Notes under the pieces: model-generated
Told to the model about the DNA's origin: nothing
The model's input: only the letters and a program-made list of their open reading frames with translations
The model's database searches: none
Shown here: in pieces, positions 19,268 to 29,319 of the stretch
Position numbering within the stretch: the stretch's first letter is position 1
Layout of the letters: each line of letters begins with the position of its first letter
Made by a program: the position numbers and the translations under genes
Assembly (NCBI GenBank): GCA_963666205.1
Contig: OY762654.1
Coordinates: 1,003,220 to 1,067,219, forward strand
Length of the DNA stretch: 64,000 nt
Reading direction: 5' to 3'
Source: Synergistales bacterium
GTDB lineage: Bacteria > Synergistota > Synergistia > Synergistales > JAFGMB01

Positions 19268-19984
19268 TTAACTTTCCCGGGCAATTTTGTTTCTGTAGAC
19301 TTCGCTGGTAGTCCTGACTATATTTTCAAGGTGTTTCTCCATGATCCCTGATGCCTTTTCAGGATCTCCCCTCCTTACTGCCTCGAGGATCCGCCCATGG
19401 TAATCAAGGGTTATCTCTATCTGGCTGATCTTTTCGTATTGGCTCTCGTTCGATTCTTCCAGCAGTTCCCGGACAGGCTCGATCATTTTTCGAAAAAAAC
19501 TGTTCTGGCATGCTTCGGCAAGGGCCATATGAAAAGTGACATCAGCCTTAATGAATTTTTTTCTATCCCCCTGGTGTTTAACCTCTTCATCGTAGATCTT
19601 TTCAAGGTATCTGATCTGTTCCGGCGATGCACGTTCTGCTGCCAGGGACACAATGGCGACTTCGAGAAATTTTCTGGCCTCAAGCAGTTCCATGAGGGTG
19701 AACTGTTTCAAGAGGTAGGAAGTTTTCACCTGGTCCGAAAGGAGATTTATATCCTGCATGAGGTATGCACCGTCGTTCATTCTTATCTCCAGGATCCCCA
19801 TGTACTGAAGGGCTCTAAGGGCTTCTCTGACAGTTGCCCTGCTCACTGAAAAAAGATCTGCAAGGGCCCGTTCGGAGGGGAGTTTCTCCCCCGGGGTCAG
19901 ATCACCTGCGGTTATACTGTTTTTGATCTGGTCTATTACCTGTTCGCATATGGTCTTTTTATTCACTCTCTCAAACATTGGCAT
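19268..19984 (-). CDS. GntR-family (FadR/FCD subfamily) transcriptional regulator.
   Basis: The N-terminal wHTH LPSERALADLFSVSRATVREALRALQYMGILE is followed by a helical FCD-like C-terminal domain. Confidence 0.85.
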   Translation of the reverse strand: MPMFERVNKKTICEQVIDQIKNSITAGDLTPGEKLPSERALADLFSVSRATVREALRALQYMGILEIRMNDGAYLMQDINLLSDQVKTSYLLKQFTLMELLEARKFLEVAIVSLAAERASPEQIRYLEKIYDEEVKHQGDRKKFIKADVTFHMALAEACQNSFFRKMIEPVRELLEESNESQYEKISQIEITLDYHGRILEAVRRGDPEKASGIMEKHLENIVRTTSEVYRNKIARES

Positions 19985-20026
19985 TTTTCTACACCTGCCT
20001 GCAGGATTTTACTGGTCTGCTGGACT

Positions 20027-20041
20027 ATTGGTCTTACCAAT
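20027..20041. promoter_or_regulatory. Candidate GntR operator palindrome.
   Basis: ATTGGT-CTT-ACCAAT is a perfect inverted repeat. It fits the GntR-type GT-N-AC core and lies 43 nt upstream of the regulator start. Confidence 0.4.
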
Positions 20042-20268
20042 TAACTGAATGATATGACCCATCTCTATTCATGTCAACTATCTACCTTATCGCTCTGGAG
20101 AACACCCGGTTAAAGACACTGCTTCAGATACAGATAACCCCTTAAAGATCACATTTACTCATTCCTGCTTCCATTTTCCAGGATATTCTTGAATTTTTAT
20201 CGTTTTAACTTGTCAGCGTAAATGTGGTAAGCTGATCTTACAGGAGAGATGCAGAAGGAGGCGATCCT

Positions 20269-20751
20269 ATGGAAGAAGGAAGTCAGGCCGGACCCGTAAT
20301 AAAGGAAATAGCGGCTCTGCTGGAAAAACAGAAACTTGCCGTACTGGCCACCGAAGGAGAAGCTGGACCCTATACCAATATCGTTTCTTACACTTTTTCA
20401 GATGATCTGAGAGACATATTTTTTGCTACCACCAGGGCCACAAGAAAATATTCCAATATAAGTTCCCACAACATGGTATCCATGCTTGTCGATAATAGAA
20501 CGAACACGGTTGACGACCTTTTTAAGGCAAAGGCAGTCACTGCCATCGGTAGATCAGAGGAACTCGGGGAAGAAGAAAAGGATCTGGCCCTTTCCCTTAT
20601 GACAGCAAGGCATCCCTACCTTGAAGATTTTCTCTCTTCTCCCACCACCGCAACCATAAAGATCCGTGTACACAGGTATATCCTTGTGAGCCATTTCCAG
20701 AACGTCAGGGAAGTGATCTTTCATGATGAAAATGATAATACCCCTAGCTGA
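20269..20751 (+). CDS. Pyridoxamine 5'-phosphate oxidase-like FMN-binding split-barrel protein.
   Basis: The size (160 aa) and the pattern LAVLATEGEAGPYTNIVSY...FFATTRATRKYSNI are typical of PNPOx-like proteins. Confidence 0.65.
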   Translation: MEEGSQAGPVIKEIAALLEKQKLAVLATEGEAGPYTNIVSYTFSDDLRDIFFATTRATRKYSNISSHNMVSMLVDNRTNTVDDLFKAKAVTAIGRSEELGEEEKDLALSLMTARHPYLEDFLSSPTTATIKIRVHRYILVSHFQNVREVIFHDENDNTPS

Positions 20752-22906
20752 GATAACAGCGGAAGATCGTCCCCTGACCGGCGGTAAGGCATGGGCTCTT
20801 TCAAGACTCCTTCAGGAAGGCATCAATGTACCTGAAGGTATATGCATCACATCCGAAGTCTACAGTCTGTTTATGGCTCAGACAGGTCTTGGGGACATAG
20901 TTCAGCTGGAACTTAACAGAAAGTCCTTCGATGAGATGCGCTGGGAAGAGATCTGGGATGTGTCACTGAGGATAAGGAACCATTTCCTCCGGGTGGAAAT
21001 GCCTCCTGAGATAACATCACTTCTGGAAGAAAATATCCATTATTATTTCGGAACATCGCCCACCGTCGTCCGTTCTTCCGCCCCCTCTGAAGACTCTGCA
21101 GCCACTTCCTTTGCAGGTCTCCATGAATCAGTGGTCAATGTCAGGGGCGGGAAAGACATAATCGCTGCAGTAAGGAGGGTATGGGCTTCCCTCTGGTCCG
21201 ACGGAGCCATCCTTTACCGCAGGGAACTCGGCCTTGATGTACATAAAAGCACCATGGCTGTGGTTATACAGGAGATCATAAAAGGAGAAAGGTCCGGAGT
21301 CGCCTTTACCGAAGCTCCGGACAACAGCCGTAATTCCATACTCGAGGCAGTATGGGGGCTTAACCAGGGTTTTGTGGATGGAACGGTTGAACCTGACAGA
21401 TGGTTCTTCCTGAGAGAAACAGGCAAAACCATATCCCATACCCCTCCTTCTCAGAGAGACAGGATAGTCATCCCCTCTGGAGATGGGACCATGATAATGA
21501 CCCTTGATGACGAGAGGTCGAAGACACCCCCCCTTTCCGACGAAGAAGCAGAAAAACTTTTAAAACTGGGAATGAGGGTGGAGGATATTTTCCTTGCACC
21601 CCAGGACATGGAATGGACCATAAGAGCAAACAGGACCTATCTTCTTCAGTCAAGGCCTGTCACAACCATAGGCAAGGCTGGAGAAGACAGAAGGTCATGG
21701 TACCTTTCCCTCACCAGAAGCCTCGATAATCTCAGGGAACTTCAGGAAAAGATAGAAATGACTCTCCTTCCAGAGATGGATGAAGACGCCCTGAAATTCA
21801 GGAGAATGGACCTGATCTCCCTTACAGATAATGAATTGTCACGTGAAATAACAGACCGTCTTTCAGTGTTGGAGAAATGGGAAAAGGTCTACTGGGATGA
21901 TTTCATTCCCTTTGCTCACGGCGCCAGGCTCTTCGGACAGTTTTATAACGACAGGATCACCCCGAAGGACCCCTACGAGTTCGTCGATCTGCTTGCGGGT
22001 ACCGAAATGACAAGTATCGCCCGAAACACAGTTCTGGAAGATCTGGCAGGGGAAATACGAAGGGACAGATCCCTCAGGGAAAAACTGGGTAAGGGGCTTG
22101 ATATGCCGGCCCCCTTTCTGGCAAAGGTCCGGGAATTTGCATCTTCCTACGAAACCATACCTGGCTCATCAGAACCTGATGTCATCTCCGCAAGGATCAT
22201 TCAGCTCCTCCTGGAAATGGCAGATTCCCAGCCTTCCTTCCATGAGGAGAAGGGAAAAAGGACTTCAGAAATGATGGACAGGTATCTTGCCGGCTTCCAG
22301 GGAAAGGAAAGACTTCTGGCACAGGATCTTCTGGAACTTGGAAGGGCAAGCTGGAAACTGAGGGACAACGACAACATATACCTTGCAAGAATAAAGGTCG
22401 AGGTCGAGAGAGCTTCTTCAGAGGGTAAAAGAAGGATCCGGAACATGGGAAAGGATCCTGATCTTTACAGGGAACCTGGAGATGTGGCCCGAGTCCTTGA
22501 TGATCCGGACTACATGCCTCCTTCCCCGGAACCAAACCAGGATAATGGGGTCCCGGAAATTACTTCTGCCGTGGAGATAAGGGTAAGACAGGTGAAGGGA
22601 CAGCCCGCCAGTCCCGGGATAGCAACAGGCACAGCCAGGGTGATCCGTCAGGATGGGGATCTCTTTGAATTTAAAAAAGGGGAGATCCTTGTCTGTGATG
22701 CCATAGAACCCAACATGACCTTCGTAGTTCCCCTTGCCTCGGCCATAGTGGAAAGAAGGGGGGGCATGCTCATTCATGGAGCCATAATAGCAAGGGAATA
22801 CGGCCTCCCCTGTGTGACCGGAATACCCGGCGCCGTGGATATAATATCGACGGGAAAAAGGCTCACAGTTGACGGCCACCTTGGAATTATTATCATAGGG
22901 GATTGA
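20723..22906 (+). CDS. PEP-utilising enzyme with RPH-like architecture (N-terminal PEP synthase-type ATP-grasp domain, C-terminal swivelling His domain, no TIM-barrel domain).
   Basis: The N-terminus reads GGKAWALSRL...VVRSSAPSEDSAATSFAGLHES...DMEWTI...LLQSRPVT. The C-terminus reads GIATGTARVI...GGMLIHGAIIAREYGLPCV. The protein ends right after the mobile domain. It overlaps the upstream gene by 29 nt. Confidence 0.75.
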   Translation: MMKMIIPLAEITAEDRPLTGGKAWALSRLLQEGINVPEGICITSEVYSLFMAQTGLGDIVQLELNRKSFDEMRWEEIWDVSLRIRNHFLRVEMPPEITSLLEENIHYYFGTSPTVVRSSAPSEDSAATSFAGLHESVVNVRGGKDIIAAVRRVWASLWSDGAILYRRELGLDVHKSTMAVVIQEIIKGERSGVAFTEAPDNSRNSILEAVWGLNQGFVDGTVEPDRWFFLRETGKTISHTPPSQRDRIVIPSGDGTMIMTLDDERSKTPPLSDEEAEKLLKLGMRVEDIFLAPQDMEWTIRANRTYLLQSRPVTTIGKAGEDRRSWYLSLTRSLDNLRELQEKIEMTLLPEMDEDALKFRRMDLISLTDNELSREITDRLSVLEKWEKVYWDDFIPFAHGARLFGQFYNDRITPKDPYEFVDLLAGTEMTSIARNTVLEDLAGEIRRDRSLREKLGKGLDMPAPFLAKVREFASSYETIPGSSEPDVISARIIQLLLEMADSQPSFHEEKGKRTSEMMDRYLAGFQGKERLLAQDLLELGRASWKLRDNDNIYLARIKVEVERASSEGKRRIRNMGKDPDLYREPGDVARVLDDPDYMPPSPEPNQDNGVPEITSAVEIRVRQVKGQPASPGIATGTARVIRQDGDLFEFKKGEILVCDAIEPNMTFVVPLASAIVERRGGMLIHGAIIAREYGLPCVTGIPGAVDIISTGKRLTVDGHLGIIIIGD

Positions 22907-22946
22907 AAACGATCGTCAGTATACTTTCACTGGTTAATTTACCCCT

Positions 22947-22991
22947 ATTGACAGATACCCTCCCATAGTGTTAGATACCCACATCTGGTAT
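22947..22991 (+). promoter_or_regulatory. Predicted sigma-70 promoter with an overlapping inverted repeat, upstream of treT.
   Basis: TTGACA (22947-22952), a 17-nt spacer, then TTAGAT (22970-22975). The inverted repeat GATACC-N7-GGTATC (22973-22991) overlaps the -10/+1 region. Confidence 0.4.
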
Positions 22992-23097
22992 CATGCCAGA
23001 ACATTGGACCTTAAATCTTTCATGGAGCGTGACCTGCTGATGTTACGCTCTTCACAGCGCATTCATCCAAAGACAATTTTGAACAGGACGTGATCAG

Positions 23098-24312
23098 ATG
23101 CAGTCCGATCTTCTTTCCAGGTACGGGTCTATAGTCGGAGAAGAAGAGGTCCAGGAACTCTATGACCTGGCCGCTCCCTTCAGGGGAAAGGAAATAGTCC
23201 ATGTAAATTCCACAAAACAGGGCGGAGGTGTAGCAGAACTTCTGAATAGTTTTGTTCCCCTCATGAATGAACTGGGTATGAGATGTTCATGGGAGGTAAT
23301 GGAAGGGAACCAGGAATTTTACCATGCCACCAAGACCATACATAACGGTCTTCAGGGTAACCCCGTCGAATTCACCCATCTTATGAAGAATAACTTCGAG
23401 GAGACCGGCCGCCAGAATGCACAGAGGCTGAAAAGCAAGCTGGAGAACGCCGACCTGGTTATCATTCACGATCCTCAGCCGGCATCTCTACTGCATTTCT
23501 GTGACAACCGGAAGGGTAAATGGATCTGGCGATGTCATATAGACGCGGCTACCCCCCATCCCGAGGTATGGGATTTTGTGAACGGATGGGTCGAGGGATA
23601 CGATGCCAGTGTTTTTTCCATGGAAGAATTCCTGAAACCCATGGCCCATCACCAGAAGATCATCTGTCCCTCCATCGACCCCCTGAGCCAGAAGAATGCC
23701 ATGATGGATTTTCTACTTGTAGCGAGGGTCTGCCGCGATTTCGACATAGACATATGCAGACCTGTCATTCTTCAGGTATCCCGTTATGACTACTTCAAGG
23801 ATCCCATAGGAGTTATACGTGCCTATAGACTTGTAAAGAAGGAATTCCCCGATGTTCAGCTGGTCCTGGCTGGAGGCGGCGCCGATGACGATCCCGAAGG
23901 TCAGAAGGTGCTGGAGGAAGTCTACAGGGAATCTGGCGGAGATGAAGACATCCATATCCTCCTTCTGCCACCGGACGCACATCTAACCATAAATGCCCTT
24001 CAGAGGGCGGCAACCGTGGTCCTGCAGAAATCTCTCCGTGAAGGCTTCGGCCTTACAGTGTCAGAGGCATTATGGAAGAGAAAACCCGTCATCGGAGGAG
24101 ATACTGGAGGGATCCGCCTTCAGATAGATCACGAATATAACGGTTACAGGGTGAAATCCTACGTTGAAGCAGCCCAGCATATATGTACCCTTCTATCATG
24201 TGTGGATACCAGGTGTCAGATGGGAGAAAGAGCCTATGAACATGTCAGGGAAAATTTCCTGGTGACTAAATCCCTCAGGAAATGGATGAACTTTGCAGGC
24301 AGTCTCGCATAA
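23098..24312 (+). CDS. treT: Trehalose glycosyltransferring synthase (TreT-type GT4 glycosyltransferase).
   Basis: From memory, there is extended colinear similarity to archaeal and Thermotoga TreT. Matching stretches are VNSTKQGGGVAELLNSFVPLM, FYHATKTIHNGLQGN, IHDPQPA, WIWRCHID, SIDPLSQKN, QVSRYDYFKDPIGVI, DDPEG, LQKSLREGFGLTVSEALWKRKPVIGG. Confidence 0.75.
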   Translation: MQSDLLSRYGSIVGEEEVQELYDLAAPFRGKEIVHVNSTKQGGGVAELLNSFVPLMNELGMRCSWEVMEGNQEFYHATKTIHNGLQGNPVEFTHLMKNNFEETGRQNAQRLKSKLENADLVIIHDPQPASLLHFCDNRKGKWIWRCHIDAATPHPEVWDFVNGWVEGYDASVFSMEEFLKPMAHHQKIICPSIDPLSQKNAMMDFLLVARVCRDFDIDICRPVILQVSRYDYFKDPIGVIRAYRLVKKEFPDVQLVLAGGGADDDPEGQKVLEEVYRESGGDEDIHILLLPPDAHLTINALQRAATVVLQKSLREGFGLTVSEALWKRKPVIGGDTGGIRLQIDHEYNGYRVKSYVEAAQHICTLLSCVDTRCQMGERAYEHVRENFLVTKSLRKWMNFAGSLA

Positions 24313-24332
24313 CAAAAAGGATCACTTACAAT

Positions 24333-24363
24333 ACAAAGCCCGGTGTATAACCCCGGGCTTTGT
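24333..24363. terminator. Hairpin between convergent genes; candidate bidirectional terminator.
   Basis: ACAAAGCCCGG-N9-CCGGGCTTTGT forms an 11-bp stem. The flanks are moderately T-rich on both strands. Confidence 0.5.
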
Positions 24364-24389
24364 ATTCTTCATTAATCAATTACCGTTTA

Positions 24390-26078
24390 TCAGAGAGGTT
24401 CTTCATAGGTTGAAACTGTATTTTTCCCCTTTGCCTTGGACTGGTAAAGAGCCCTGTCGACCCTCCTGGTGAGCTGATCGATGGTATCTTCCCGACTTAA
24501 TTCCGCCGTGCCGAAACTGGCCGTCACTCCACAATCCAGTTCTTGAATTACTCTCCTGAGCTTCTCCGCAAGTTTCAGTGCACTGGGCAGCCTCATGGGA
24601 GTAAGGATCATGAATTCGTCCCCTCCCCACCTGACAAGGTAATCAGATTTTCGAATATTTGCATTTACAGACTCGGCTACCCTTTTAAGGACCATATCTC
24701 CCGCCATGTGACCCAGGGAGTCATTTATATCCTTGTAATTGTCGAGATCGAACATTATGAGGGAAAGACATGTCTGGTATCTCCTGGCCTTATCTATCTC
24801 CCGCAGAAGAGTTTCTTCAAAATATGCCCTGTTGAAAATACCCGTAAGTTTATCCGTTCTGGAAGCCTTGAGAAGTTCCACCGTGAGACGGTGGGCAGCC
24901 TCTTCAGCCAGTATTCTTTCCGTAATGTCATGAACTATGGAATAAAGGTATTTTTTCCCATCCATTTCTATGGGCCCTGTATAGACCTCAACATCCCTTG
25001 TTTCTCCATTACTCAGCCGGTGCCTGAACTGAAAGAACTTCTGCTCTCCCGTCTTTGCCCTGGTCATAGCCTCCCGCTGATCCTTTTCGGAAAGGGCATT
25101 GAGATCCCATCCTTTCATCCGGAGCATTTCTTTCCGTGAATAGCCATAATAACGGCAGGCCGCCGGATTCGCATCTTTAAGATCTCCCTTTTCAGGATCG
25201 ATAACAAGCATTACAGCGTGATTATTCTGAAAAAGATTCGCATAAAGCCTCTCCATGCTCTCGAGAGCATCCTGCGTCTCAAGTCTTCCTGAAATATCCC
25301 TGGCAAAGGAAATGATCCCGGCTCTGCCCTCCAGATCATAGGGCCTTATTTCAACCTCCACAGGGAAAACCTCACCGTTCCCTTTCCTGTGATAGATCTG
25401 TTCCACTACCCTTTTACCCGACCAGGCTTGACTCAGCATCTCCTTTAACAGCGGGTGGCATTCAGGAATTACTATGTCCATTGCTGACATGGCCAGTAAC
25501 TCATCCCTTGTGTATCCATAACGTTCACAGGCCGTCCTGTTAACTTCCATGATCTCCCCTGAAAGACAACCTTCTTTCAGGGTCTGGATAAAGATGGCAT
25601 TATCGCTGTTATCAAAAAGCTCCTTGTATTTTTCCTTTTCCTTCCTTAGCCTGTCCTGTAGTATTTCCTGCTCGGTAATGTCCCTTGTAATTTCAATGAC
25701 GCCCCATATGGATCCATCTTCCTCCGCCAGGGGAAAGGAGGATATCTCATTCAGTCTGGGTCCTTCAACACTGCTGCATTCCATGACAGCCCTCTCCATG
25801 ATCCCCTTCTCCAGGCTGACGATACAGGGACATCCCTCACAGGGAGCACTTCTACCTTTGAAGACCCTGTAACATTTTTCTTTCTCGGGAACTTCAGCTA
25901 AGCCGTGTTTTTTCATGGATACCTGGTTCACCCTGATGACGTTAAAATCCCTGTCCATTACCCTTACACCATCATGCAGATTATTGAGAAGAGTCTCTAT
26001 AAGTAAACGTTGGGTAACCGGAATATTACCTTCCTGTTTCTCCAATTCCTTTATGTGAGATTTAATATCAGATCCCAT
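24390..26078 (-). CDS. Cytoplasmic multi-PAS GGDEF diguanylate cyclase.
   Basis: About three PAS-like modules are followed by a GGDEF domain (RWGGDEFMILT). Confidence 0.85.
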   Translation of the reverse strand: MGSDIKSHIKELEKQEGNIPVTQRLLIETLLNNLHDGVRVMDRDFNVIRVNQVSMKKHGLAEVPEKEKCYRVFKGRSAPCEGCPCIVSLEKGIMERAVMECSSVEGPRLNEISSFPLAEEDGSIWGVIEITRDITEQEILQDRLRKEKEKYKELFDNSDNAIFIQTLKEGCLSGEIMEVNRTACERYGYTRDELLAMSAMDIVIPECHPLLKEMLSQAWSGKRVVEQIYHRKGNGEVFPVEVEIRPYDLEGRAGIISFARDISGRLETQDALESMERLYANLFQNNHAVMLVIDPEKGDLKDANPAACRYYGYSRKEMLRMKGWDLNALSEKDQREAMTRAKTGEQKFFQFRHRLSNGETRDVEVYTGPIEMDGKKYLYSIVHDITERILAEEAAHRLTVELLKASRTDKLTGIFNRAYFEETLLREIDKARRYQTCLSLIMFDLDNYKDINDSLGHMAGDMVLKRVAESVNANIRKSDYLVRWGGDEFMILTPMRLPSALKLAEKLRRVIQELDCGVTASFGTAELSREDTIDQLTRRVDRALYQSKAKGKNTVSTYEEPL

Positions 26079-26205
26079 TTGCCCCTCCAGAATAGATTTA
26101 TTTCTATCACAGCTAAAAGTATAGAGATTCCGGAAAGAGACCGTCGTTCCCTGTGAACCATAGTACAGATATCAATGGCACCAAAGCATATGGGTCTTAA
26201 GAACT

Positions 26206-26243
26206 AAAAAAATCGGGACCCTTGTCAAAAAGAGGGGTCCCGG
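26206..26243 (-). terminator. Rho-independent terminator after the 706-aa diguanylate cyclase gene.
   Basis: The minus strand reads CCGGGACCCC-N12-GGGTCCCG followed by ATTTTTTTAG. Confidence 0.75.
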
Positions 26244-26280
26244 AACATTTTATATAAAAATACTGCTTAGGGGCATACTA

Positions 26281-28401
26281 TCAGGAAAGGATATACCTGT
26301 CCCCTCCCTGCTGCTTTGCAGCATACATGGACTTGTCAGCCCGCTCAAGAAGGGAACTCAGGGAATCTCCCTGGCGGAAACCGGTCACACCCATACTGGC
26401 CGTGACACCAAGATCCGATTCCTTTATGATGATAAGCAGCTTTTTCGCCAGACATGAAGCACTATTCTCCGAAACAGGTGTAATTACCAGGAATTCATCC
26501 CCTCCCCATCTGCCGAAGAAATCGGAACTCCTGAGATTGGAGACACATTTCCTGGCGAGCAGCTTCAGGACTTCGTCTCCCCTGGAATGTCCGTAACGGT
26601 CATTTACTGCCTTGAATCCGTCGAGGTCGAACATTATCAGAGACAGTTCATCACCATAGCGTCTTGATTTGTTCAGTTCCCAGTGAAGTATCTCTTCCAG
26701 GTGTCTTCTGTTGTTTACTCCAGTCAGCTTATCAGTGGTGGAAATTGCCAGAAGTTCATCATTCAGTCTTCTCGCCCTTTCCTCTGCCCTTAATTTTTCT
26801 GAAATATCATGAACCATGAGAAGAAGAACAGACCTGTTATCAAAGAAAAGCTTTGTACTGTAGATCTCAACATTATGTACTATTCCGGATGACGTCACAT
26901 TTTCAAGATAAAAATGCTTTTTTGTCCCCAGATTTACCTGGTTCAGCTGATCGTAAGGGTCGCGACTATCTGTACCAGGTGTTATATCAGAGAACCTGCG
27001 TCCGATGAGGTCGTCATAGTCATACTCATAGAATGAACAGGCAGCCGGGTTAGCATCCCGGATAAGACCTGTTTCAGGATCCACGAGAAGCATAACTGCC
27101 TCATTTTCATGAAAAAGGCTTGCATAGCGGCGTTCACTATCTCTCAGAGTTTTTTCCGAAGACTTTCGTTCTGTAATATCCCTGATTATGGAAAGGACCG
27201 TGGCTTTGCCGTTAAGGTTGAAGAGATGAGCATTTATCTCTCCGGGTATTCTCTTTCCATTTTTGGCAAGGGCAGTCACTTCAGTCAGGGCCATCCCATT
27301 AAGCATCAGTTTTTCCCTTATTACGGCAACAGTATTTTCATGTTCAGGAACAAGGACATTGAGTGGAGTCAGTTCAAGCAGCTCTTCCCGTGTATAGCCG
27401 AGTAGCTGGCAGGCAATGTCGTTTGCCTCGATGAAGGTGCCTGCCTCGCCATCCTGGGAAATATGGTTCACAAGGATGGCATCGGATCCTTTGTCAAAAA
27501 GGAGCCTGAACCGGGCTTCGTTCTCGGACAACTTTACCTGGAGATCCCTCATCATCCTTATCTGCCCCATGTTCCTTTTCTGGACAAGGAAGGTCAGCCC
27601 AAGGGTCAGGAGTACCGTAAAAGCAGCGAACCAGAGGGTGAACTTTCGGGCAAGGATCCTGCTGTAACTGTAAAGTTCCGTACCCGGTATGGAGGCCCTG
27701 AGCAGAAGTCCGGATCCGGTAACTGCCCTGTAAAAGGCTACCACATCCTCATCCCCGTCTTTTTCTGCAACCATACTGCCAAGGTGCTGAAGAGCGTCTT
27801 CATAGACAGGATCATCCCTCAGGATCATACGGTAATGGATATTGTCTTTCCGGATACGGTCCAGAATAGAAGAGACATCGAAGATGACAAGGTCATAACC
27901 GAGAAGATCACCCCCCTCGTAAATGGGAGTGCAGATTCTGACAGCTGTTCTGTCACCATTCCGTAAATATTCAACAAGGGGCTCCCTGCATTCCACAGTC
28001 ATGGAAGGCAGGGATGGAGGTTTCTCTCCGTAGCTTGCTATCCTGTTGCCGGCAATATACCTTCTGGCAAAGAGAGCACCCTTGAGAGACTCCACACCTT
28101 CCGTCCATCCTGGAGCAGAAAACTGAACAAGTTCTTCAAGAGATACCTCTCCCATAACGAAAGACCAGGCCTTCTGACGTATGGCCGTCCTGCTTGAAAG
28201 GGTCTGGGTATTCTGGATGAAATCCTGGATGGAGTTGTCCAGGATTATGAGGGAATTCTCAACCTTACCTGCGAAATTCTCCTCCAGGCTCATCTTCAGC
28301 TCCACCTGAAGGGGCCGGTAAACAAGAAGAAGGGAAGACGAAAGAAAGATCATTACCAGTAAAAACAGATAAAGGGAAAATCTGCGGCCCGATGTAAACA
28401 T
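26281..28401 (-). CDS. Membrane sensor diguanylate cyclase (N-terminal TM, periplasmic sensor region, TM, 2 PAS, GGDEF).
   Basis: Hydrophobic segments lie at about aa 10-30 and about aa 255-275. PAS regions are followed by RWGGDEFLVIT. Confidence 0.85.
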   Translation of the reverse strand: MFTSGRRFSLYLFLLVMIFLSSSLLLVYRPLQVELKMSLEENFAGKVENSLIILDNSIQDFIQNTQTLSSRTAIRQKAWSFVMGEVSLEELVQFSAPGWTEGVESLKGALFARRYIAGNRIASYGEKPPSLPSMTVECREPLVEYLRNGDRTAVRICTPIYEGGDLLGYDLVIFDVSSILDRIRKDNIHYRMILRDDPVYEDALQHLGSMVAEKDGDEDVVAFYRAVTGSGLLLRASIPGTELYSYSRILARKFTLWFAAFTVLLTLGLTFLVQKRNMGQIRMMRDLQVKLSENEARFRLLFDKGSDAILVNHISQDGEAGTFIEANDIACQLLGYTREELLELTPLNVLVPEHENTVAVIREKLMLNGMALTEVTALAKNGKRIPGEINAHLFNLNGKATVLSIIRDITERKSSEKTLRDSERRYASLFHENEAVMLLVDPETGLIRDANPAACSFYEYDYDDLIGRRFSDITPGTDSRDPYDQLNQVNLGTKKHFYLENVTSSGIVHNVEIYSTKLFFDNRSVLLLMVHDISEKLRAEERARRLNDELLAISTTDKLTGVNNRRHLEEILHWELNKSRRYGDELSLIMFDLDGFKAVNDRYGHSRGDEVLKLLARKCVSNLRSSDFFGRWGGDEFLVITPVSENSASCLAKKLLIIIKESDLGVTASMGVTGFRQGDSLSSLLERADKSMYAAKQQGGDRYILS

Positions 28402-28614
28402 CCCTATCCTTCTCTCCGTATGAAAGTATGAGCAACCCCGTTGTTCCCCAGGGCACAGATGGAAAATATCAGGTTATTTAAAGGTTAGTTGATAAGAAAA
28501 CAAGGAAATTCATCCTTCCTGTTATCAATAATATAACCTTAATCATCTTTTTTCCATAACGCACCATTTTGAACAAACTTCAGAGACCTCAAACCGGGCC
28601 GGAAATTTATGTCA

Positions 28615-29316
28615 GCCCTGTCCGGTAAACCGATTTTGGATTTTAGATTTTGGATTTTAGATTAGATCCATTGAGTTTCTCCGTGGTGAAAAGCTTCTGG
28701 TGCTGTTTTTTTCTTTTATCGTGCAAAATAGATCCATCATTTTGCACAGTAGAAAAAAGATTTGAGGGCTTCCTCTGCGACCTCTGCGGTAAACCGATTT
28801 TAGATTTTGGATTTTAGATTTTGGATTAGATCCATTGAGTTCCTCCGTGGTGAAAGGGTTTGGGTCCTGTTTTTTTCTTTTATCGTGCAAAATAGATCCA
28901 TCATTTTGCACAGTCGACAAAGTGGCCTATTTCTTGATCTCCTAGACCCGCGAAGCGTCCGCCCGTCCCCGGTTTATTCAGTGGTTTTTGGCGGATCTGC
29001 GGTAAAACAGCTTTTGATTTTGACCTGGTTTCCCTCCGTGCTACTCCGTGCCCTCCGTGGTGAAACAGGTTTTTGGGTTTACGGTTCTAATCGTGCAAAA
29101 TAGGTCCATCATTTTGCGCAGCACACCATTGTTTATGTTTTACATCTGCGTTACTCTGCGCAACCTCAGCGCTGAAAGTCCGCCACTACTTGGGTCTAAT
29201 GGTTTTATACGATGGTTTACGGCGGATCCTCTGCGGTAAACCGATTTTGGATTTTAGATTTTGGATTTTAGATTTTGGATTAGATCCATTGAGTTCCTCC
29301 GTGGTAAAACAGCTTT
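28615..29316. repeat. Mosaic repeat patch: M1/M2 blocks, GATTTTR heptamer arrays, three hairpin A copies, and modules 5 and 6.
   Basis: The module set is the same as at 41-56 kb. Heptamer arrays lie at 28631-28668, 28795-28832 and 29241-29285. Hairpin A copies lie at 28721-28747, 28885-28911 and 29093-29119. A CTCCGTG x3 block lies at 29030-29060. Confidence 0.9.
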
Positions 29317-29319
29317 TTA

